This document shows, one piece after another, positions 9,000 through 17,564 of a stretch of DNA of 64,000 nt; the first letter of the stretch is position 1; every line of letters begins with the position of its first letter. The notes under the pieces are model-generated. The model saw nothing but the letters and a program-made list of their open reading frames with translations, did not search any database and was not told where the DNA came from. The stretch is taken from the NCBI GenBank assembly GCA_964592405.1, contig CAZQBY010000003.1, positions 20,329 to 84,328 on the forward strand, written 5' to 3'. The DNA comes from an uncultured archaeon (GTDB taxonomy: Archaea > Altiarchaeota > Altiarchaeia > JAFGQM01). A program made the position numbers and the translations under genes.

Positions 9000-9362
9000 A
9001 TGCTCAAGGTGTTCTGTTTCGGGAACGAGTGGGTGGAGGGCGACAGCTTGGCCAAGGAGCTGGCCGATGAATTGGAGATTGACGGAGTCAAGTTCATAAA
9101 ATGTGACGATGTTGAGGATGTGGAAGACGGTGTCATCTTGGATGTGGTGAGGGGGCTGGATGATGTCCAAGTGGTTACGGAGCTGGACCGATTCAAATCC
9201 CTCCAGCCATGTTCGGCTCACGATTTGGACCTGGCGTTCTTCCTTAAACTGCTGAAGGAGATGGGGCATCTGAACGAAGTGAAGATAATATGCCTGCCTA
9301 TGGGGATGGAGAAGGAAAGGGCCAAAAAAGAGCTTAGGAGGCTACTCCCAGACAACATCTAG
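9000..9362 (+). CDS. short hydrogenase maturation protease-like protein
   Basis: FCFGNEWVEGDS, VILDVV, SAHDLDL match the HycI/HybD GN..DD / D / H pattern; convergent with the large subunit. Confidence 0.75.
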   Translation: MLKVFCFGNEWVEGDSLAKELADELEIDGVKFIKCDDVEDVEDGVILDVVRGLDDVQVVTELDRFKSLQPCSAHDLDLAFFLKLLKEMGHLNEVKIICLPMGMEKERAKKELRRLLPDNI

Positions 9363-10613
9363 GAAATGTGTTGAACAGGAGATGCAGGGATCGTAGGCCC
9401 TGATGAGTTGCTCGATCTTGGATACTATCACGTCCCGGCTCTCGCCCAGGAGCGAAGGGAGCAGGGCCCTGATATTCTCCTCCATATTCTCCAGATTCTG
9501 CGACGTGGGGGTTGTGATGTTTATCCTCTTGGCGTAGCCATCCTTGTCAAACTCGTATTTGTGGAAGAGGATTCCCCGGGGCGCTTCTATGGCTCCGAAA
9601 CCCACGCCTTTTTTCGGTCTGACATCAGCCGGGTCTTCTTTCTTTACCTTGATGGTCTTTATTATTTCCTCTGCCCTCCTAAAGCCCTCGTATATCTCCA
9701 AGGCTTGGGCGAGATTGTTCATGTAGGGCGAAAACCTCTTCTTTTCAATGAGTTGGACATAGGGCTTCGATCCCCGCGAGAGGGCATCTCCATTGTTCAA
9801 TACCCTAGCCAGAGCGCCGACCATGTAGTCCTTCCCCCCGGCGTCGACGAACTCGGAGGTCGAGCCCGGGACAAAGTATTCCCTGAAATGTTTTTCATAG
9901 TCTCTCACAGGAACACATCGAATGCCCCTACACAAGATTGTCTTGTCGCCGAAGAAATAGGGTTCGCCCTTCAGCGCAAAATAATCTCTCTCCCTTTCAA
10001 ATTCTGGGTAGCTGAGCTTGGCGAAGGTCTTCATTGCGTTCTCCGCTGCCCTCCTGATGCCCCTGACTTGTTTTAGGAGGGCATCCAGCTCCTTCTGGTT
10101 GGGTTGTTTGGAGAATCCACCCGGCAGGAAGGTGAAGGGATGCACGTCCCGCCCCCCGACGACCCTGACCATCCCACTTGCGACCCTCTTTATCTTAAGG
10201 CCTTGCTCCAAGAGCGTCCTGTGTCTCTTGACCATGCCTAGGGCGCTGTCATACCCCAGATAGTCGGGCAGGACCATGAAGTACAGGTGGAGTGCATGGC
10301 TCTGAATGATGCCGCCCAGATGCGCGAGCTCTCTGAGGGCCCGGGTCTGTTTGGAGACTGATACATTGAAGGCGTTTTCTATGGCCCTGAGAGACGCCAG
10401 ACCGTGGGCTACGGAACACACGCCGCAGATCCTCGACGAGATGGGACCCAGATCCGTGTAGAGCTGGTTCCTGAGTATCTTCTCGAAAAACCTGCTCCCC
10501 TCAAATATCTCCAAATTGGCCTTTTTGATCTTATCTCCATCTATCTTGATGGTCAGCTTCGCGTGGCCTTCAATCTTGGTGACAAATTCCTTTTTAATGA
10601 TTTTTTCTGCCAT
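9342..10613 (-). CDS. hydA: [NiFe]-hydrogenase large subunit, group 3b-like
   Basis: TKIEGH, L1 SRICGVCSVAH, EAPRG, L2 RAYDPCISCSTH followed by 7-residue tail FLDVVWE. Confidence 0.93.
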   Translation of the reverse strand: MAEKIIKKEFVTKIEGHAKLTIKIDGDKIKKANLEIFEGSRFFEKILRNQLYTDLGPISSRICGVCSVAHGLASLRAIENAFNVSVSKQTRALRELAHLGGIIQSHALHLYFMVLPDYLGYDSALGMVKRHRTLLEQGLKIKRVASGMVRVVGGRDVHPFTFLPGGFSKQPNQKELDALLKQVRGIRRAAENAMKTFAKLSYPEFERERDYFALKGEPYFFGDKTILCRGIRCVPVRDYEKHFREYFVPGSTSEFVDAGGKDYMVGALARVLNNGDALSRGSKPYVQLIEKKRFSPYMNNLAQALEIYEGFRRAEEIIKTIKVKKEDPADVRPKKGVGFGAIEAPRGILFHKYEFDKDGYAKRINITTPTSQNLENMEENIRALLPSLLGESRDVIVSKIEQLIRAYDPCISCSTHFLDVVWE

Positions 10614-11367
10614 GTTTTGATTCCTTGAGTTCCTTCGAGCCGAACCTCCTGATCTTGTTTATGGCTTCCTTTTTGGAGATGCCAAAGGATTCCAGGAGTC
10701 TTATCTCTGCGTACAGATCGGCGTTCTCCAAGGGCCCTCTGCACAGAGTACAGGGCATGTTGTTCCTTATGCACAGGGCATTACAGCCGCCGTTGGTTAT
10801 GGGACCCAGACATTCTATCTTGTTCAGCATATAACAGTCAGGCTTCCCCCTCCGCGGGCACTCCAGACAGACGGGCCCTCTGAACTCCTTGGGCTTTTCT
10901 CCTTTTATGAACTGGCTGATAAACTGAATGAATTCGTCTTTGATTATCGGACAGCCGTACATGAAATAGTCGACCTTCACGAAGTCGCTTATGGGTGAAA
11001 CTTCGATCCAGTCCCTAGCAAGCTTCTGACTGTAGATATATTTTCCCAAGGCCCTTCGCTTGAGTTGGTTTCTCATGGCCGGAATCCCCCCATGGGCCGC
11101 ACACTCGCCGAAGGCCACAAGGTATTTTGACTTAGCCCTTATCCTCTTTAGCTCTCTCATCTCATGCTTGGAGGATATCGCCCCCTCCACAAAAGCCAGA
11201 TCAAAGTCTGTTTCAGCGTTCTTTTCCTTTATGAGATGGAAATACTGGATATCCAGTTTGTCAAACAACTCGAGCAGTTCATCTAGGAAAAGGACCGTGA
11301 ACTCGCAGCCTTCGCAGCACGTAAACGAGAAGAAACCGACCACCGGCTTGCCCCTCTCCATGAGCAT
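10594..11367 (-). CDS. hydD: [NiFe]-hydrogenase small subunit (delta-like)
   Basis: TCCEGC, GECA..GG, GCP, PVCLEC, CLGPIT.GGC.ALC...PC..CRGP Fe-S ligands. Confidence 0.9.
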   Translation of the reverse strand: MLMERGKPVVGFFSFTCCEGCEFTVLFLDELLELFDKLDIQYFHLIKEKNAETDFDLAFVEGAISSKHEMRELKRIRAKSKYLVAFGECAAHGGIPAMRNQLKRRALGKYIYSQKLARDWIEVSPISDFVKVDYFMYGCPIIKDEFIQFISQFIKGEKPKEFRGPVCLECPRRGKPDCYMLNKIECLGPITNGGCNALCIRNNMPCTLCRGPLENADLYAEIRLLESFGISKKEAINKIRRFGSKELKESKHGRKNH

Positions 11368-11469
11368 TTTACCTGACTGGCAATAAATATGTACTGTGGA
11401 GAGCTGGTAGGCAAGAGCGTCTCAGGTATTGTACAGCCTGCTCAAAAGACAGAACTTGTGAATGCCGTA

Positions 11470-11781
11470 TTAGAAGCTGAATGCCATCTTCTTGGCCCTC
11501 CTGCCTGTCGTCATCTTGACCAGGCCGCCCGTTATCATGCCGACAGCAAAGGAGAGCAGGATTATCATCATGAACGATCCGTAGGTGATGTTGTAGTCGC
11601 CCTGGACCAGACCGTTGTATATCACAAGCACCAGGAAGGTCATTGTGGTCATGGATACACAAGTTAGTATTGCCGGTACCCAGGATATCATCCTCATTGT
11701 TCGCCCTATTGAGGAGAAATCTGGCATCTGCAGGCCTGTTCCCATGTCAAAAGGGCCAAAATCCTCCGGTTCACCGTCCAT
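11470..11781 (-). CDS. hypothetical membrane protein
   Basis: Two TM helices, acidic N-terminus, basic C-terminus. Confidence 0.5.
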   Translation of the reverse strand: MDGEPEDFGPFDMGTGLQMPDFSSIGRTMRMISWVPAILTCVSMTTMTFLVLVIYNGLVQGDYNITYGSFMMIILLSFAVGMITGGLVKMTTGRRAKKMAFSF

Positions 11782-11855
11782 TTTGGAAATAATTTGGGTT
11801 TAATTTAAAGTGTTGCTAATAAAAGGGCCTATGGACTAGGGACGAGAGACACTAA

Positions 11856-11861
11856 TTTAAG
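11856..11861 (+). promoter_or_regulatory. TATA-like box of tRNA-Arg
   Basis: TTTAAG about 20-25 nt upstream of the tRNA 5' end. Confidence 0.45.
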
Positions 11862-11879
11862 CAGCTCACCGACCTATGT

Positions 11880-12022
11880 GGGCCCGTAGGTTAGCCAGGA
11901 TATACTACGGGACTTCGGGAGCCCTTTTCTTCAAAAGAAAAGTGCTTCACCCCAAAAGAACGGGGTGCTGGGCAAACGGCTGGAGTCATCCCGTGACCCG
12001 GGTTCGAATCCCGGCGGGTCCG
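11880..12022 (+). tRNA. tRNA-Arg(UCG) with 69-nt intron (11919-11987) at 37/38
   Basis: Acceptor GGGCCCG/CGGGTCC; anticodon stem CGGGA/TCCCG with TCG at 11915-11917; T arm CCGGG TTCGAAT CCCGG; full BHB (CTTC/GGAG helix, bulges GG|G and TC|A, AGCC/GGCT); CCA not encoded. Confidence 0.93.
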
Positions 12023-12047
12023 TCTTACTGATGCTTAGCTGAGGCTC

Positions 12048-12120
12048 GACGGCCCCGCCTTATGTCGAGGTCATGTGCAGAGAGGATGTGTCCACCTCGC
12101 CATCCCGGTGGGTCCGTCCT
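12048..12120 (+). repeat. tRNA-trailer hairpin unit A (antisense and sense copy of the tRNA-Arg 3' end around a conserved core)
   Basis: 12102-12120 matches 12008-12026 at 17/19; 12048-12059 is 11/12 the reverse complement of the tRNA end; core shared with 38438-38495 and 30668-30711. Confidence 0.85.
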
Positions 12121-12168
12121 CATTCTTCATTGGCTTAACTAGCCTGTGCAATCCTTCCCTATTGATTT

Positions 12169-13719
12169 CTAGATCCTGTCCTTGCAGGCATCCCTCTGCC
12201 GCTTGTCCTCTATCTCATTACAGGCCTTACGAGCCATGGATGGGTTGTCGGAGGCCAGAATCCCAGCCAACTGCTGCAAGCAGTCCCATACCTGCTGATC
12301 ACTGGGCAGATCCAAACAAAGGCCTATGGCCAGTTGAGGACATTCCCTAGCCCTCCGGCCATAATCGTCACCGATTATACTTCGCACTGCACAGAATAGG
12401 TCATCTATATAGTCGCATATCTCGGTGACCTCCTGACAGGTCTCAGCCGACCACAGGAGATCCTGCAGACAGCTCTCCTTGCTCCACCCTCCTGACACAT
12501 GCTGGCAGACGGTAATTTTTTGAGATATATTCTCCATCAACTGCATGACTAAGCGGTAGCAATCCTCGGAGGACCGCCCAAAGGGAAAACCCTTAATCAT
12601 TCCGCAGGTCTCTATGGCAAAATTCAGGTCTGACGGGGCTGTGATGCGGGCTATCTTGACATAACAGTCAGTGGCCATTGTTCCCTCCATAGAACCACAA
12701 CAGTATTCCCTCGCCCCTGCAGGGTTTTCCATTATAAATTCGTCAGAACACGCGCTCCTGAAGCAGTCCTCCCTGCGATTCTTGCTTATGTGGTCCCTGC
12801 AGATTCTTATCGCTGAAAGAGGATTTTCCAAGTGTGCCATGACGCCATTAAGAAGGCAGTCGTCCCTCCGGTTGACTCCGGTTATCTTCAAGCATGCCTG
12901 TATTGCCTCCTGAAGAGAAGTGGAGACTATGTTCTCTGCCACCATATAAAAACAGTCATTTGAGTTCCCCTCAGAGAGCAAGCCACAGAGATCTAATACT
13001 CGGTCAGGATACTGCATTATGATATCCTTGGATTTCTGGAAGAGGTCCCAGTAACACATTTTGGAATCGGCCTCGTCATCTATTTTCCCACACAGTTCTA
13101 GGGAGAGGGATATATTCTGGTTGGCAGCTTCAATGCTTACCCTGCGATAGCACTCGTTCCTCATCTCAGCCTCGAAGAGCATATCGCAATACTTAGCCGC
13201 CTTTTGCGGATCTTCAGTAATTATCTTCTCCATCATATTCTTATAGCACCTGTCCCTGTCACCCAAGTCTGAAATTGAGGAACAGTCTGAAGGAGACTTC
13301 TTGAGTATCATGTTGGTGGATTCCTCTCCCGGAGCCCTGCTAAGAGCGTTTGCCATCAGAAGGAGCCCTGTTATCAAAAGTGCAATGGCGACTGCCAGAG
13401 TGGCAATGTTCTTTGGGCTGGCAAACCTTGCAGAAGTGACAGGACCTCCATATTTCCTCCGCAGTTCATCTATCTGCTTGCTGGCGAGGGAGAGCTCCTC
13501 CTCGTATTCGCGTATGAGCTTGTCGGCCTTGTCCCCCTCTATCCGCCTCCTGTAGAAGTCCAAGCGGGTGGTCTTTATCAGGTCCTTGAGCTGTTTCGTC
13601 CTCAGCTCCAGGCGGGACATCTCGTCGCCGGGTCCGCGGCTGCTGATCAGCCTGTAGAACAGAAAGGCGGCAATGCCTATGCATGCCAGGCCTGATATGA
13701 TGAGCTCCTCAGTTGCCAT
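12169..13719 (-). CDS. membrane-anchored protein with periodic Cys-pair helical repeats
   Basis: Two TM helices flanking a coiled segment, then about 10 C-x(9-12)-C[YFL] repeats (RDRCY, RNECY, RDDCL, REDCF). Confidence 0.75.
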   Translation of the reverse strand: MATEELIISGLACIGIAAFLFYRLISSRGPGDEMSRLELRTKQLKDLIKTTRLDFYRRRIEGDKADKLIREYEEELSLASKQIDELRRKYGGPVTSARFASPKNIATLAVAIALLITGLLLMANALSRAPGEESTNMILKKSPSDCSSISDLGDRDRCYKNMMEKIITEDPQKAAKYCDMLFEAEMRNECYRRVSIEAANQNISLSLELCGKIDDEADSKMCYWDLFQKSKDIIMQYPDRVLDLCGLLSEGNSNDCFYMVAENIVSTSLQEAIQACLKITGVNRRDDCLLNGVMAHLENPLSAIRICRDHISKNRREDCFRSACSDEFIMENPAGAREYCCGSMEGTMATDCYVKIARITAPSDLNFAIETCGMIKGFPFGRSSEDCYRLVMQLMENISQKITVCQHVSGGWSKESCLQDLLWSAETCQEVTEICDYIDDLFCAVRSIIGDDYGRRARECPQLAIGLCLDLPSDQQVWDCLQQLAGILASDNPSMARKACNEIEDKRQRDACKDRI

Positions 13720-13763
13720 CGTCTAATTAATGGGGATTATTAAAAAAAGGCAGTGGGGCAGGT

Positions 13764-14351
13764 TCAGCCGGTTATCTCCACTGAAGGTTTGTTAGTATCG
13801 GGCGACTGGACAGGGTGGGCATGCGTCTTGTTGTATATCCTGCCAGATTTCTTATCGACCCGGAAGCAAGTCACGACATTCCTGCCTATCAATTCGACAT
13901 AGTAGCAGTTGTCCCTTTCATAGATTTCCATCGTTTCATCCTCCGGAAAATTTTCCCTGCTTATATAATCAAATCCGGCTTTCCGCATGGAGCGTAAAAC
14001 AAAATCCACCGCCTTGTCGTTGTTCATATCCTTCGGGAATGGTAAGCAGGCCGGCAGGGATTTACTTGGTTCCCCAGGATCAACTGCTGCATACATAGAT
14101 GTATAGCCGGGTTCAAGGAGGTCGCCCTTGAGCTGGATAGTAAAGTCCTTGTAGATGGCGCTGTTCTTGGGAACATAGGTTATCGGGTTGCTGAAGTAGA
14201 CCCAAACCCCATCGTCCTTGAGAGTGACCTTCACACGATCGAACTCGCGAGAGGGGTCAAAGGGGGAGGGGAACAACTGCCCCTTCGCCAGCTCCACGGC
14301 CCTCCTTACTATGGCCTTCTTGCCCAGCCTTTTGAGCTTTTTGATGTCCAT
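13764..14351 (-). CDS. hypothetical protein
   Basis: 195-aa ORF filling the gap; C-terminal FRVDKKSGRI weakly PepSY-like. Confidence 0.6.
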   Translation of the reverse strand: MDIKKLKRLGKKAIVRRAVELAKGQLFPSPFDPSREFDRVKVTLKDDGVWVYFSNPITYVPKNSAIYKDFTIQLKGDLLEPGYTSMYAAVDPGEPSKSLPACLPFPKDMNNDKAVDFVLRSMRKAGFDYISRENFPEDETMEIYERDNCYYVELIGRNVVTCFRVDKKSGRIYNKTHAHPVQSPDTNKPSVEITG

Positions 14352-14534
14352 ACGCTACCTCACTTGGCCGGAATCTGTGCAGCTGGCCCATATACTATCT
14401 GAGTTGGTTAGGATACCAACTCTGCCCCTAACTTGTATAATATCTAGATTATGAAGAGCTGGATAAAAATGGGACCCCGTCAGACTGAAGTGCCCATGGG
14501 GGGAACAAAGGAGAGTCTTAGGAGGGGTTTCAGC

Positions 14535-15701
14535 CTAATCCTTCACCCATGCCAGCAGCAAGATGGCAGCAGTCAAAGACAATACCGCTCCAAAGCTAAA
14601 TGCTGCCTCGACACTGAAGAACTGCCAGAGCGAGCCCATGATGAACGATGCTGGGAATGCCGCCAGACCGACCGCAGTGTGGTAAATGCCGTAAGCAGTT
14701 CCTCTGTGTGCTTCGTCCACAAGGTCGGGTATCAGCGCTCTGGCACTGACTTCATAAATCGCTTGGAATATGGCATAAGCAGCGAAAAGTAGCCAGAGCA
14801 TAGAAGTGTTATTCATGAAACCAAATCCTAGGCTGACTATTGCAAAGGTAATGAAACTGGATGATAAGACTATCTTCTTGCCCACCATATCCGAAAGGCT
14901 TCCGGCCGGCATCGCAGCTGTGGCATATATTATATTATAGAAAAGGTAGAGCAGGGGCACTAGGCCAAGGGTCATGCCCATATCCTGTGCACGTATGAGG
15001 AGGAAGGCATAGCTGAAGTTTCCCAGCATGAACAGAGAGGAAACAAAAACGAACCGCTTGAACCCGCTGCTGAAGCCTCTGAGGCTCAGAGTCACTGACA
15101 GTCTCCTGCTGGCATGGCACCTCTTCTCCTTCACGAACATAAGTATTGTGAGAACTGACAGGATGCCGGGCACTGCAGTCAGTAGGAAGATGAGCTGGAA
15201 TGACATCGAGAGGAAGTAGAAGAGCACAAAGGCTATGGCAACTCCAGCAACCGCCCCAGAGGTATCCATCATCCTGTGGAAACCAAAAGACCTCCCCTCA
15301 TGTGCCTTTTGGGAAGAGGCAGCTATAAGGGCATCTCGGGGGGATGTCCGCACTCCCTTGCCGATACGGTCAACGAATTTTATGGCGAGGACAAAGGGCC
15401 ACGAGCTGGCAAGGGATAAAAGCGGTTTGGTCAGGTTGGATATAGCATAGCCGGCAACCACAAGGGGCTTTCTGGAACCAAATCTGTCGGAAATCCAGCC
15501 GGAGAGCAGTTTGAGCATGCTGGAGGAGCTCTCGGCAACGCCCTCTATGAGGCCAACTATTGCCTCACCAGCGCCAAGGACATTGGTCAGGAAGAGAGGC
15601 AAGAGGGAGAGTATCATCTCACTGCTCATATCATTGAAGAAACTGGCAATACCCATGAAGAGGATGTTCCGGTTTATGCCCGCCCTGATTGGCTTTGCCA
15701 T
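14535..15701 (-). CDS. MFS transporter
   Basis: 12 TM helices; GWISDRFGSRK and GSLSDMVGKK motif A; DRIGKGVRTSPRDA. Confidence 0.92.
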   Translation of the reverse strand: MAKPIRAGINRNILFMGIASFFNDMSSEMILSLLPLFLTNVLGAGEAIVGLIEGVAESSSSMLKLLSGWISDRFGSRKPLVVAGYAISNLTKPLLSLASSWPFVLAIKFVDRIGKGVRTSPRDALIAASSQKAHEGRSFGFHRMMDTSGAVAGVAIAFVLFYFLSMSFQLIFLLTAVPGILSVLTILMFVKEKRCHASRRLSVTLSLRGFSSGFKRFVFVSSLFMLGNFSYAFLLIRAQDMGMTLGLVPLLYLFYNIIYATAAMPAGSLSDMVGKKIVLSSSFITFAIVSLGFGFMNNTSMLWLLFAAYAIFQAIYEVSARALIPDLVDEAHRGTAYGIYHTAVGLAAFPASFIMGSLWQFFSVEAAFSFGAVLSLTAAILLLAWVKD

Positions 15702-15736
15702 GCTAATATTGATATTAGGATAAAAAAGAATTGGAT

Positions 15737-16504
15737 TTACTCCTCAATCCGGTTGAACTGCCTTATAGCAAACAGCATGAACAACACAGTCAGACTGGAT
15801 ATTGCCAGAAAGGAGACACCAAAGTCTATTCCTGAAGAGCCCAAGATGAGATATCTGAGGCCGGCCACACCATATGTAAGAGGGTCAAAGAGAGAGGCTG
15901 TCCTGAGGAAATCCGGCGCGGAGGATAGGGGAAACAGCGCGCCGCTCAGGAAGAACATGGGCATGATGAGGAAGTTCATTATCAGCTGGAATCCGTGCAT
16001 GTCAGTCATGGTGGATGCAATGGCTATGCCCAGTGAGACGAACATCATGGATATCATGAACATGAAGACCAACAGGAGAAGGATATTGACCAGCTGCACC
16101 TGCGCCCCCAAAAGGATAGCTATAATCATTATAATTATGCCCTGTATGACCGCAGTGGTCGCGCCGCCCAGTCCCTTCCCCAGGACCACCGAAAGCCTGC
16201 TTATAGGGGCGACGAGTGTCTCCTTCAGGAAGCCAAACTGCCGGTCCATGATAACTATTATGCCGGAGAACATGGAAGCAAACATCAGCACCATGCCGAT
16301 TATGCCGGGCGCGATGAACTGGAGGTAGCCACCCTCTATGGGAACCGCAATGGTGCTGTTAAGGCCGGTGCCCAGAATGGCGAGGAAGAAGAATGGCATC
16401 CCCAGACTGCCTATCAGCCTGGACTTGGATCTGAAGAACCTGATGAGCTCTCTCTTCCAAAGCGCGTATATGCCCTCTATCTCCCTGTTCATCGTCCCCC
16501 CCAT
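15737..16504 (-). CDS. ABC-2 type exporter permease (DrrB-like)
   Basis: FIAPGI, DRQFGFLKETLVAPISR, FLSGALFP, PLTY. Confidence 0.9.
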   Translation of the reverse strand: MGGTMNREIEGIYALWKRELIRFFRSKSRLIGSLGMPFFFLAILGTGLNSTIAVPIEGGYLQFIAPGIIGMVLMFASMFSGIIVIMDRQFGFLKETLVAPISRLSVVLGKGLGGATTAVIQGIIIMIIAILLGAQVQLVNILLLLVFMFMISMMFVSLGIAIASTMTDMHGFQLIMNFLIMPMFFLSGALFPLSSAPDFLRTASLFDPLTYGVAGLRYLILGSSGIDFGVSFLAISSLTVLFMLFAIRQFNRIEE

Positions 16505-17496
16505 GCCTTGCGCCTGAGGCGCATCCCCGCCCTCGGGTCGGCCTCCCCCTCCCGTATGGTGCGGCCTGTGTAGTGCAGGAATACATCGTCAAGCGAGGGT
16601 TTTCTGAGGCTCACCGATTCCACGGTGATGCCCTCCTTCTCCATGAAGCGCATCAGGGCAGGTATCTTCTCCTCGCCCTTCTCTACGCGGACGTCTATAT
16701 ACCCGTTGTGCTTGACGGCGGACTTGACCCAGCCGAGACCCAAAAGTCGGGATACGCGGGGGTCACCATCACTGCACTTCAACGAAATGACATCTCCGCC
16801 CAGCTTGTTTTTGAGGCTTTCGGGCGCATCTACTGTGATAATCTTTCCGTGGTCTATTATGGCGAGCTTGTCGCAGACCTTGTCCGCCTCGTCCATGTAA
16901 TGCGTTGTCAGTATTATGGTGATGCTCTCGGATTTGTTCAGCTTCTTTATGTACTCCCATATGCTGGCCCGGGTCTGGGGATCCAGACCTAGGGTGGGCT
17001 CGTCGAGGAAAAGCACCTTGGGATGATGGAGGAGGCCGCGGGCTATCTCCAGGCGCCTCTTCATGCCGCCGGAGAACTTCTTCACCACGACGTTGAGCCG
17101 GTCGCCCAGCTCCACGATGCCCATCAGCTCAGCGATGCGCTCGTCCCTGATGTCTTTGGAAATCCCATACATGGACGCATGTATCTCCAGATTCTCCCTT
17201 GCGGTCAGCTCGTCATCGAGGCTTGGATCCTGAAAGACTATGCCGATGCTTTTTCTCACAGAGTCCGCTTGTTTTGAGATATCGAAGCCGTTGACAAGGG
17301 CAGTCCCGGAGGTTGGCCGACGCATTGTGACAAGCATGGATATCAGGGTTGTCTTGCCGGCGCCATTGGGACCAAGGAGACCAAATATTGTACCTGCCTC
17401 CACCGACAGGCTGACTGAATCAACAGCGGTGAAATCGCCATATGCCTTCGTTAGGCCTTTGGCTTCAATTGCATTTTTAGTCATTGCGCGCGCCAT
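16489..17496 (-). CDS. ABC exporter ATP-binding protein (DrrA-like)
   Basis: Walker A GPNGAGKT, signature FSGGMKRR, Walker B LFLDEPT, TTHY. Confidence 0.93.
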   Translation of the reverse strand: MARAMTKNAIEAKGLTKAYGDFTAVDSVSLSVEAGTIFGLLGPNGAGKTTLISMLVTMRRPTSGTALVNGFDISKQADSVRKSIGIVFQDPSLDDELTARENLEIHASMYGISKDIRDERIAELMGIVELGDRLNVVVKKFSGGMKRRLEIARGLLHHPKVLFLDEPTLGLDPQTRASIWEYIKKLNKSESITIILTTHYMDEADKVCDKLAIIDHGKIITVDAPESLKNKLGGDVISLKCSDGDPRVSRLLGLGWVKSAVKHNGYIDVRVEKGEEKIPALMRFMEKEGITVESVSLRKPSLDDVFLHYTGRTIREGEADPRAGMRLRRKAWGGR

Positions 17497-17564
17497 CCCG
17501 GGATATTTGAGGTGGGGGGATTAAAAATGGGGGCTCGGAGGACATTGCAACCGGCGAGGCCCAC

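Noticed and set aside
9370-9395. Possible selenocysteine ([NiFeSe]) in the L2 motif
   Set aside because: The codons are Cys (DPCISC) and there is no in-frame TGA.
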